From positions 13,134,213 through 13,198,212 of the forward strand of contig OZ234493.1 of the NCBI GenBank assembly GCA_965153455.1: a DNA stretch of 64,000 nt, given 5' to 3'. Below the pieces are notes generated by a model, which saw nothing but the letters and a program-made list of their open reading frames with translations, was not told where the DNA came from and ran no database searches. This stretch comes from Sphagnum compactum (Eukaryota). The position numbers and the translations under genes are program-made. Positions 12,354 to 23,879 of the stretch are shown here, piece by piece. Numbering within the stretch: the stretch's first letter is position 1; each line of letters starts with the position of its first letter.

Positions 12354-13153
12354 TTACCTCTGGTGTTTTTTCAAAGCTTCAGAAACGAGAGACAGAGAGA
12401 GAGACGAAGAGAGAGAGAAAAACAGAGGAGAACGAGTTTTGCAGCGAAATGCTGGCGATGGCGAAAGGGGCAACCGCGCGACCAAAACCGAAAAAGCAAG
12501 CGCAAAACCACAAAATAATACCCCTCTCTTTTGGCTGCACAAGATGGTCTCGTTTCAGTAGTTTTATCGCGGATTGAAGATGATGGCCGGATCGTCTTCG
12601 GCGTCGTCGTCGTCGCAGAGCAACGGTGATCGTGTCTTTTAGGTGACTGTGTTGTTTGTTTTTGTGGGTGTGTGTGTGTGTGTGTGTGTTTTTTCCCCCT
12701 TCGTCCTGAGGGAATGAGAGAAGAAAAGGTGAGATGTGTGGGTGACGGAGCAGGAGGAGGAAGAGGAAGAGGAGGTGAAATCAGAGGAGGAGGAGGAGGA
12801 GTAGGAAGAGGTAGTTCAGGACCAGAACCAAGAGGAGGAGGAGGAGGAGGAGGAGGAGGGGCGGCAGCAGCAGTGCGAAGAGGAGGAGAAACAGGGATAG
12901 GAATTTTTTTCTTGGGTTTTCGAGGAGGGAACTCGTCGGGAGTTTTTCCCCCTTCGAGAAAGACTTGGATTTTGTAAGAAGCGAGTTGTCGGAGTCTTCG
13001 TGCGTGCAAGGAGGGGGTGTGTGTTTAGGTCGTGAGAGGAGGAGGAGGAGGAGATCATGAGAGGAGGAAACGGGGGAGGAAAAAGGGTGCGACGTGAGTA
13101 GGAGGAGGAGGAGGAGGAGGAGGAGTAGTAGGGCAGCGAGGAATAATAAGAAG

Positions 13154-14379
13154 ATGACGAGTTTAAATGCGCCGGGCAACAGTAGTAGCACGGAGAACAA
13201 CAAGCAACAGCGATCTTCGGCGTATTCTTCAGGCGCAGAATCTGACGACGATACCTCTCATCACTTGCCTCCTGTTCAAGGGTAAATGCAAAATCACATG
13301 CTTTGCTCTCCCTTTCTTTGTGTCTGTGTGTGTGTCTCTCTCTATGTTTTATTAAAAAAATTTGGTGGGTGCGTCTCGTTCGTTATCTCTTCCACTCTTG
13401 TAGTGAGAGAAGGAGAGAGAGAGGGGGGGGACTTTCTCAGAGTCTCTTCTATCTCTAAAGATTTTCTCAAGTTGTTCCAGAAGAAGTTGTTATAGAAATT
13501 CCAGGGTTTTTTAATTCTAGAATTCCAGGCACATTTTCCATCTCTCTGCAATGCAAAATTCGAGGGTTTTATTATTCTAGAATTTCCAAGGCACATACAT
13601 AGATACTTTCGATCAAGTTTGCACAATTTTTTAAATTTCTTCTGGATTTCAGTTGTGATGATGAAAGAAAGTGGAGTTCCTCTGCTGGATTGTCTCTGCA
13701 TTGGTGGCACTGCTGTATTTCAATCCTGCCCAGTTTTTTTCTTTTTTTGTGTGGCTGTGTAGCAGTAGTGAATTGTTATGGGGGAAGCAGATGAAGAACT
13801 GAAGATTGCATACTGCTTGCTTGCCTTTTGTTTGTTGTATTCTGGTTCTCTTTGCTCTTGAGTTTTTCACACATACACATGCATTCATTTTCAGTTATAT
13901 GTATATGCCAAGAGGAAGATGGCTTCATGTAGGAGGAGCTGGGGAAACTCTTGGAACTGAATTTTATGATGGTGCTTTTGTATTATTGCAGACGCACAGG
14001 AGGCCCAACTCGGCGATCGTCAAAGGGAGGTTGGACACCTGAGGAGGTAAGGGTTGTGTTTCCTTCTTCCCAGTTGATATTATTCAGAGAATGTGGATGG
14101 AGCCTTAAAGCCCCATATGAAATGGAATCAAGACTCAAAGGATGAGTGTATCAATGTTCTCCCGAACAACAGAACCGTTTGTTTTTGTTGTTGTTGTGAT
14201 TGGTTGGGTTCATTGAGTGGCTTGCTTGATATGTGGGTGGGATGGATTGGACCAGGATGAGGTCTTGCGGCGAGCTGTGCAATGGCACAAGGGTAAAAAC
14301 TGGAAGAAGATTGGTGAGTGTTTTTATTTCCAGCCTCATTCGGGGTGACCTCCACCACCTTCTTGTTACGTCCACTTGG

Positions 14380-14435
<56 letters not shown>

Positions 14436-17400
14436 CTCTCTCTATTCCATTGGAGCAATTGGTTGCACTGTAGGAGACTCATGAGAATTTTATTTCTTTT
14501 CTTTGTGATTGTAATGACGTTACAGCGGAGTTTTTCTCTGATCGAACCGATGTACAATGCCTCCATCGGTGGCAGAAAGTGCTCAACCCGGACTTGGTCA
14601 AGGGTGCTTGGACCAAAGCTGAAGATGACCGCATATTGGAACTGGTGACCAAGCATGGGGCAACAAAATGGTCCATGATTGCTCAGCATTTACCAGGTCG
14701 CATCGGGAAGCAATGCCGAGAAAGGCAAGCCACTCTGAAAACCTGTGCATCCTAATCTCTTGATACAAACTGTGATCTGTATAGTTGAGTCACTTACTTA
14801 GTATGACATTTTTTGGTGCATTTAGTTGTACTCCCATTTGCAACTCTTAACTGACCCTTTGGGTTTTGTACTCCTCCTCACTTGGGTTGATGAACAGGTG
14901 GCACAATCATCTAAACCCGAATATAAAGAGGGAGGCTTGGACAGAACAGGAGGATTTAATGTTGATTCATGCCCATCAACTCTATGGGAACAAATGGGCT
15001 GAGATTGCCAAGTTCCTGCCAGGCCGGTAAGGGTCGGTCGGTCAGTCCTTTCCTGTCACTTTGTGTTCATAGCTTGTGAAGAAAGAACCTTTTCATTTTT
15101 CCTTCTGAATTTCAGTTGGTCCCAAACTTGCACACACACTTTTGTTCACAAACTGACTGAGGAGAGGAGGGCATCTGTGCTCGTGGGTCTTCTTGCAGGA
15201 CGGACAACTCAATCAAGAATCATTGGCACAGCACTATGAAGAAGAAAGTGGATCCAGCAACAGCCACAGATCCTGTATCAAAAGCTTTAGCTGAATACCA
15301 AGCACATCAGGAGTCAATGAACCCCATCAATCCAGTGGGGCGCTTGGATTCCTCAATGAGCACAGTGGGAAGAGCTGCTGCCCCTCTAACAAATGAGGCT
15401 ACCACTTCTTCTATTCAGCCAATCAGACATATCCGAGGAATGCCTGCTGCCGCTGGTCCCCCATCTATGACCACCCGGCCACTTCAGTTTGGTGAGCAGT
15501 ATAGTGAAGCAAAGTCATGCAACCCAGCTTCTCCTTCCTCAACCGCATATCCCAGTTTATATGCAAATCATGAGAACAACCTGGAAAAAATTAGTTGCAA
15601 AGTTGCAAATGCAAAGAAAGAGCATTCTGTTTGTGAAGCTGCTGTTGGTGGCCATTCTACTAGGCCTGGAACTTCGCAGGTATCACGGGATGGCAGTCCT
15701 CAATCTTCAGGGCAGTCCCGGGAGTACTCAGGCTGGTCTTCCAGCCAACCCCTAGGACGCTCTGTTAGTTTTTCTGGGGTGCCCATGTCAAGGACACTGT
15801 TACCATCAATCCCATCACAGCAGCAGCAGCTGCTGCCTTTGCATTGTCTACAAGAAGCAGGGCCATTGTCCACCATGGAGCTCCCGAGCTTCCCTTCTTT
15901 CTCTTTTGTCAGGCCTACATCTGAGATGATGGCATCTTCATCTTCTCAAGGATTCCAAAACATGACAGTGTGTGTGATGGGGTCCTTCGTCCCAACAGCC
16001 AGTGTCCCAGTCACAACAGCAGCCAATTTGATGCAGTCAAATGATGCAGAAAATCACAGAGGTGTACCAATGACTCATGGAGGGAACCTTGCTGTGATGA
16101 TGGATCCTAACTCACAGAGTTTTGAATGGATGCGCGAATGCTTCCTTAGCCAACCACCATGCACTCAGCCTGTTCTTAGTGTGCCATCAGCACAGTGTGA
16201 CATAGAGAGTGAGGAGCACACTGTGGACGGAGTGGTTGGCTACCAAGATGAGCTTTTCATGGCTGCCAATCAAGCGGTCATCAATTACCATTTGCAAACA
16301 CCTTTTCTTGCAGAGCTGGGCCTGGAGGAAGATGGAGAAATGGAAGATGGGTCAACAGGAACCACAATGGATGGATTATTTTATGAGCCTCCACGAATGC
16401 CATCATGTTCTGCAGATTCACCTTTCCCAAGTTACGATCTGATCCAGGGTGGGCAATCACTCCAAGCATACAGCCCTCTTGGTGTGCGGCAGATGATCAT
16501 GCCTGCGGGTAACTGCATCACACCTCCTCCTTACCACCACCTATCACAATCTCCTTTTCAAGGGTGTAGTCCACAGTCAATTCTCCGTAGTGCAGCTCGA
16601 AGCTTCAGCGGCTCTCCTTCGATTTTACGCAGAAAGAGGCCACGTCCACTAACAATTCCCCCAAAACCAGGGAGTATATGTGAAGAAAAGAAAGACATGC
16701 AATTGGACCAAACCCATATGAGCAAAAGTAGTGAAGAAGAAAAAAATGCACAAGTTGGTGGTGGGTTGTTGAATGGTTCTGCAAAGACGCCCGATGATGA
16801 TGGTAGCACAGAAGAAGATGTCAGGCTGAACGAGGAAGAGGATTCCATAAAAGGTGCAGCAGTGCCACAGGCACCAGGAGGCTGCCAGGCAAGGGCTGCA
16901 CTGTTTGTATCCCCACCCTACAATCTTGGGAAAACGTCAAGCAAGATTTCAAATGCTGCTGAGGAAACCTTCACCAGTGAAATGCCCTCTGCATGTCCGT
17001 CCCAAGGTGTGGCAACTAATAGCAGCGGTGGCCAAGTTGGCGGGGGCAACAGCAGCGGTGGCGCACCTTTCTCGGCTCGAGATGGTCGGCATGGAGCAGC
17101 TAGCAATGGACTGTGGGAATCAGCTGGTGGGAAATATAACAAGAGGGGACGATCACAGGGCTTCCATCATGAATCTGACACTGGGAGCAGGAGGGGCAGA
17201 GGTACCACCATGGTGACAATGAAGGTAAGTCATTGGTCGCTACAGAGAGCAAGAGCGAGAGAGAGCAGGTCTATGCATGTGCAGAAATCAGAAATGTGAC
17301 CAATTCCTTGACATCCATCTCTTCCTGGTGTTGCAGGCTGTGCAGGAGGGCTCGATGCTTGTTGAGCAGCGAACAAATGCACAAGGGCAACCTTTCTTTC

Positions 17401-19206
17401 CTCGAGATGCAAATACCCTGCCAACGCACCTGGTGATGCTTCCAGGTGCTCAAAATTATGCAAGTCCCAGGGTTGTGGGACTGAAACATAATGCTGCATT
17501 TGGTGGTGGTGGCAGTGAGTTAAGAGCTTCATCGTGTGAGGCAGCAGCTGCTGCTGCTGTTGGTGGTGGCTCCTCAGGGGGCTTGATGTCTGCAACAACA
17601 ACAACTGTATTGTCCTCCAGATCCAACAGACGTGAGATGATGATGATGTCTCCGGGATCCATGTCGACTTTTGGTGTCTGGAGTTCTGTCACATGTGCAA
17701 GTCCTGTGGGGGTTGCAGTTCGGCATCACACCCCTGCCAAAGATTGGCTTGCTGAATTGGAGACTTTGTACGTCAAGGCACTTTTTTTTTCATTTCTTTT
17801 TGTATTGCCCTTTTGCCTTCCCAGTGTATCTTCTGTTTAGGAATCTGTGATCACATCTTTTTATCATTTTGCTCTCCAGTCTCTCAGCTCCTGACTATGA
17901 GAGAAATGGAGGTCTTTTTTGGCATGGGATGCTGCTGGCTGATGCACTGTGAAAATGTCATGAACAACCCAATTTACAGCTTTGCATCTCCAACAACAAT
18001 CTGGAGGGAACCCTGGCATATGGATCCAAGTCCATCAGCTCAAAAAGATGGAGGCATGTCTTTTCTGGAGGTGGGTTTAGGGTTTAAAGTTCTTTGTTCT
18101 TTTCTTTGTTCTGTTCTTTGACACCCCTACTGTTGATGATGCAGCTACTTCGCAGACAAGTAACTGGAAATGAGCAACAAATGGTAACAGAAAACAGATA
18201 TACATCTAGTTGCATTTTGTGTTGGGGTCTTGGTAATTCATCTGAGTTGTATAATATATGTACAGGGATTGGAGGCAGCTGTGGATCATGGCGAGGATGA
18301 TGCACTAGGCATCATGCAGCATTTGCATGAGCAAAGCGCTTCTGCATACAATGAGGCCGAGGAAGTGTTGGCCAGGCCTCCTCCTCCTGCCGTGTCTGTG
18401 GAGTGCATGCCTTCTCCTCTCTCTGGTTACCAGGGACAATCGGATGCAAACCCAAATCCTCATGATTGCAAGGAGAACATGAGGGTTGGGTCTGATGACG
18501 TTGATCTAGGAACATCCGCATCCGTTAACTGGTTCTCGGTGAGTCTGTTATTGCATTGTTTTAAAATGACAGATTGTGTCTGTACGCCCCAAAAACCTTC
18601 TTCTGCTCTGTCATGTGTTATGGAGCATGCTGGGTACAGGCCATTATGCCTGGTGAGGTGCCAGCAAGGAAATTTGGGCAAGCCTGAATTTCCGAACAGG
18701 CAGCAAAATTGGCACAATGGGCCTGCACCCAGCCATGGTCCAATACATACATCATGGATTTACATAATGGTCATGTTGATTTACACAATGGTCATGTGGA
18801 TTTGACATAACAGTGTTTGCAGAATGGTCATCTTGTAGGTGATAGCTCTTGGGCACCACCTGCCCAGGTTAGGGTTTCGTAGAGATAGATGCCACAGGAC
18901 CATGCTCCGTTGTGTCTTCTTGCGAGGGGACTAAAAAGAGGCAGAAAAAGGCCATGTAAAAAACCATTGCGTTATTATGCAAAGTTCTGAGATTCTCTGT
19001 TGTTGTTTATGTGACAGCCATTTCATGTGGACTTTTTGTCACCCAATGGCGCTGTTGTTGCTGGAACACCACCACCTGTGTGGGGCGGGGTTGGATCATC
19101 ATCAGTAGTAGGCTTGAATGGTGGGTCGGATGAAAACTATTTAGCTAGCGGGGGGGCGTGCGACCCATTTAGCCCATCCATGTATCTATTGAAGGAGTGT
19201 CGATAG
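13154..19206 (+). CDS. MYB3R: Three-repeat (R1R2R3) MYB transcription factor, activator/A-type MYB3R, ~1192 aa, 10 exons
   Basis: Exons 13154-13281, 13992-14046, 14256-14313, 14526-14724, 14898-15026, 15199-17224, 17337-17767, 17980-18070, 18266-18538, 19018-19206. R1 GRTGGPTRRSSKGGWTPEEDEVL..QCLHRWQKVLNP, R2 KGAWTKAED..GRIGKQCRERWHNHLNP, R3 WTEQEDL..PGRTDNSIKNHW. C-terminal motifs LFYEPPR, YSPLGVRQMIM, SPQSILRSAARSFSGSPSILRRKR, DALGIMQHL and terminal SPSMYLLKECR* are typical of activator MYB3Rs. Confidence 0.95.
14383..14430. repeat. (CT)n microsatellite in MYB3R intron 3
   Basis: Uninterrupted CT dinucleotide run. Confidence 0.95.
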
Positions 19207-19831
19207 CTTAACTATATATATACATGCACAAATTATAGAGGGGTTATAGTTGTGGTTACATCAGAAAGAGATCCCAGTAAGTTGTGCCCCTAGAAATGGA
19301 ATAGCTCACTTTCAGTCACAATGATCCTGATGTCATTGATTGATCATATGTTGAGCTATCCCGAGTTCAGAAGGGCCCATTTGTATACAAAGTAAAGTAC
19401 TTGAATTGTTTTTTCCAGACTGCTTCATGGCATGATGATGACTCCATCAGCCAAGTCCTTAAATCAAAGGACTACTAAACTACTAAGGAGGTGCCAAAAT
19501 GGGTATGGGTTTTTTTTTGTTTTGTTTTGGTTTTTTCTAAACTTCTTGGCTGTGCTTTGTTGTTGCACATTATTATGTTGACACTTGTAATATGCCATTC
19601 ATTCATTATATGTTTGTGACCTGTAAATATTATATCTATTGCATGACGATGTTTTAATGTTAGTTGTTGGAGCTCACTCTTGATAAGTGAGTGTTTATAC
19701 TTAAATCTTGTGTCCCAGTTTGCACCAAGGAAGGCGCATGCATGTGTATAGCTGTAATAATAAATTATTATGTTTGTTATCATTTGCTACCTACTGCTAG
19801 ATTCAATTTTTTTTCTTCATTGTTTCTGATA

Positions 19832-19954
19832 CTTTGTTGCAATCTTTTGTATTCTTGTTCTAACATCAGTTTCTGATTCTTTTGCTTTGTTGCAATCTTT
19901 TGTATTCTTGTTCCAACATCGGTTTCTGATTCTTTTGCTTTGTTGCAATCTTTG
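19832..19954. repeat. Tandem repeat, ~53-bp unit x2.3
   Basis: CTTTGTTGCAATCTTTTGTATTCTTGTTC(T/C)AACATC(A/G)GTTTCTGATTCTTTTG repeated. Confidence 0.85.
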
Positions 19955-20522
19955 TCTTCTTTTCTCTTACAATGGTTTTGTGATTCTTTTTTATGTTCAT
20001 GAATGAGCATTCGATTTTCATCACCCTGTGGAGTGTTTTGCAACCAAATGGGTTGAGTTTTGCGATGGACTGGAGGCATCTTCAATACTATGTGTAAGTG
20101 CCCAAAACTTCCTGTCCTTCTTTTTTTTTGGCAAGTTATAGAAGAACATTGCAAGAGTGAACTCTTTTGGTTGATTGAGCCAAATTACTTTAGGATTTGG
20201 CAAAAAAAATTGTGCACAATAGTGGGTGGGGGTTGAAACTCAGAAATGCACCATCTTTTGTGGTAAGTTGAGTTTTATCCTGTTTTGACCCCGTATTTCC
20301 TTTTTCGTGACTGCCTCGGCCACTGCTGCATATATTTTCACTGCTCCTACCTGTACAACTACTATAATTACCTCCAACCTTGTGCATTAATGTTGAGTTT
20401 CAGCATTTCATACCCAGATTTAAATAAAACTTCCTTACTTTGTGGACATCACTCAAAGAGGGGATGAGGGGTGAAAGGAGGCCCAAAGACAGGGTGACAT
20501 TAAGGAAAACTCTAATACCCTA

Positions 20523-20716
20523 GTACCTTGGCCAATTCGACACTAATTATATTATTTTGAGAAATGTTGAAATTTTTAAAAAATTAATTCTTTTAAATCA
20601 AAAAATATTGTGAAGGATAGCCATGAATATTTAGGAATATTCCATTTGTTGGAATGATTTTTTCAAATTTAATTAATTAATTATTTGATGGACATGTGTT
20701 AAATTGGCCAAGGTAC
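20523..20716. mobile_element. ~195-bp MITE with TA target-site duplication (Stowaway/Tc1-mariner-like), copy 2
   Basis: TA|GTACCTTGGCCAATTCGACAC ... GTGTTAAATTGGCCAAGGTAC|TA. It has a 15-bp perfect TIR core and an AT-rich interior. Confidence 0.75.
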
Positions 20717-21505
20717 TACGGTCCATCATGAGAGCCATAGTGGTAGCATGAATTAGGACAACATGAATTTGGGTGGTGTTAAAAAATTTATGTGGATGTG
20801 GATGAAGTGGTCAATATTGATGTGAATGTGGATGAAGGAAAGTGGGTGTTTACAATTACTATGGATTTTGATCATATTGTTGGATGGAAAAGGCGTTAAG
20901 CATTATTGTCATTCGAGCAAACAATGCCACCTTGAAACTAATTCTCATTATCATCATTCTCATTTTGTTTCTAGTGTTCAAAAGGAGGCACTTACCACGC
21001 AGGTACAATAATCATGTTGAGTTCATTTTCACTCTATATAGTATCGCTATTGTTGGCCTAATTCTTGGAAGTTGTAAATTCTTTTTCCATTATCTTGTGC
21101 ATTTTTCTATGACCGATTGACCCAAATTTACCTACAATCTAACTAGGTTGGTCATGTAATTATTAACATCTCTCATGGCCAATGGTGATTTGAACCCACA
21201 ACCATTTTAAAAGTAGCCCATTCATCGCAACCACTTGGGCTATTAGCCTATACCATTTACCTTTTTAGTTTTTTTTTTTAAAAAAAACTAATTTTGATTT
21301 AGTGGAGCGACCAATTGTCGTTTTACGTTGGTTTGATAACTTGTTTTAGACATGGATATTCTAACAAGCACAAAAGCTACAATGAGGGAGAATATGAAAC
21401 ACTTTCCAACATATTTTACCATAAACAAAAACAAAAACTCAAGTATAAGCCAAAAAGATATGACAAGAAATGATAAACAAGAAAAGGATTAAGTCATGGC
21501 GGTTC

Positions 21506-21510
<5 letters not shown>

Positions 21511-21573
<63 letters not shown>
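21511..21573. repeat. (AT)n microsatellite
   Basis: About 31 AT units. Confidence 0.95.
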
Positions 21574-21577
<4 letters not shown>

Positions 21578-22419
21578 AGAAAAGAAAAGAAAAACCAAGT
21601 TATGTACTAATTCATTTTGACATTTCAATGAAATTGAAGGTATTGAAAGGTATTTCATATTTGCAATTAAAATTAAAAAATTATTAGCTAATGAATTTCA
21701 TCCATCTTGGATTGAAATTATGGTTTGACAATTAATAAACTTAACTATGAATTATTTGTTTAATCATGTGGAATGATGAAAATGGAATATTTACAATCAT
21801 TTTTCAAACAAATTAAATGATAATCCATTAACCATAATGAAGCAAAATCCAAATGGATGTCATTTGTGTTGTGTGTATGTGTGTGTCTATATATATATAT
21901 ATAATTTTAATTAGGTTAAGGCCTATTCATACTTGGAGGTAGCTATATGTGGATATCAACTTTAACATTAAAGTTTAGGCTAGTGATGAGGCTTGATAAG
22001 TAATTACTTAACAATCACAAGTACCTACTATCAACTTTTACTTATAGTTATTTTAACTTAGTAGCTTTTTTGAAGGTAGATTAATTAGGCATCGCAAATG
22101 GCATATCTTTGGTCACGATGTTATATCAATGTAGTGGCAAAAGTTAGGTCATTAGGATTTTCAAAAACCATTGTAATACCATTTGGGTTCTCTCTTTTTT
22201 GTCATGTTCTTTTTTTCTTCTCGCTTTTTTTCATAGTCTTTTGATTTTTCTCTCGATGCTCATCTTTTAGGAGCTCTTTCTTTTCCTGGTGCTCATGTTT
22301 TTCCTTTTGTTACTATTTTGAAGATCTTCATTTCAAGTTTTTTTTACAATTGTCTCAAAGGTTTTTTTTTGTGCTCTTTTGATACAATGTCAAAGTTTTT
22401 TCAATGTTTTTTTTGTTGT

Positions 22420-23470
22420 TATTTTCAAAGCTTTTATTTATGCACTAGGTACTTCTTTTTTTTGCGTTATTTTGCTTCTATATGTTTTACATCATTGTTG
22501 GTTGGTTTACAATTTCGATATATTGATTAATAAAGAGGTCGATGATTGGGTCAAAACCAAAAACATTACATGGTATTCGAACTTCCTCATGACACAATAT
22601 GACAATCGAAGGTGGGTGGAACATTTTCGAATGACCAAAGAGGTTGATTTGCAATTGATCGAAAAGCTAAGACCTTTGATTGAAAGAAAAAGTCACAAAA
22701 TATAGATGTGTTATACACGTTAGCATCAGGGTGTCATGTTCACTTTACAAGATATCCCATGATGTTAATTACTTGCAATGTAATGAAATGTTTGCAATTG
22801 GGAAGTCATTAATCAACATGATATTTCATGAATTTGTTTGTGCTATGAATTCCATTTTCAAAAACCAAATTTGGTGACCACAAATGGAAGATTTGATTAG
22901 GGTCATGGGAAGCTTTAAGGTGTTATGTAGGGTTATGTGGGATTCCTTCAATTTATGGTGCAATTGATTACACATAGATTCACATTCAGAAGCCATTGGG
23001 TGTTTTCCTACAAACTTTTTCTCTTATAATTTAAAAGTTCATAGTATGTAACTAGAGGCAATGGTTGACCATGAAAGATGATTTTGACATCTATTTGTAG
23101 AGATGCTAAGTTCTATGAAGGATTTTCGGATTTTACAACTGTTTTTTTTTTACCAAAAATCAACTTTTGAAGGCATGTTCAATTTTGAACATGGGTCTCA
23201 AATTGGCATTCATCCGTACTTCATTGGGGATAAGGGGTATCTGTTTTTGCCCTAGCTCAAGATCCCTCATAAACAGTCCATAAACACAAGGCACACAATT
23301 TTGAAAGCGGCCTTCAACAAACATCTTTCAAAAGTGAAGAGCATAATGGAAAATGCATTCGGGATTGTGAAAAAAACATTTTGTGAATTGTTATTGAAAA
23401 GTAACCTTCACCTTCCTGATGTTGTTATCTGTTGTTGTATGTTGCACCATCTGATTTTAGAAGGGAAGCT
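22420..23470 (+). pseudogene. Harbinger/HARBI1-type DDE transposase pseudogene
   Basis: Fragments: WVKTKNITWYSNFL..DNRRWVEHFRMTK; frameshift near 22690; YRCVIHVSIRVSCSLYKISH..FAIGKS; IW*P; GIPSIYGAID (22957); PYFIGDKGY (~23226); FNKHLSKVKSIMENAFGIVK; CCMLHH. It has several in-frame stops. Confidence 0.9.
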
Positions 23471-23879
23471 TTGATGTTACAATTGGAACATGAATATCAA
23501 CACGTTTATCAAGGTGCAAGGAGATGCAAGATCCAATGAAGTAGAACCTATTTTGGAAGACAATGAAATATTAAAATCAAATTAGTGATTTACTCTTCAA
23601 GCATATCTGGAAAACATGTGAGCAAATAGAAATTGAACAAATTGTTTGAATTGAAAGTTTGAATTGAATTCCATGCACATTGATTAATATTCCAATGGAT
23701 GCACACTCACTTGAATTGTTATTTTTCAAATTTAAGTCTTGACTAATCAACAAAGTTCATCATTAAGAAAATAAAAAATTCAAAAAATTGTTATTACTCA
23801 GCTTCACACTAGTTATTCAACAATGGTTAATCACCATCAAAGGAAGATTCAAAGAGGTTAACTAGTGAAAACATTTGTG

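Noticed and set aside
12371..13203. Pro-rich and Leu-rich minus-strand ORFs (212 aa, 140 aa)
   Set aside because: Translations of (GGA)n/(CCT)n repeats in the MYB3R leader, not real proteins.
15220..15235. MYB3R R3 has HWHS instead of the common HWNS
   Set aside because: To my recollection this variant also occurs in other plant MYB3Rs, so it is not evidence of altered specificity.
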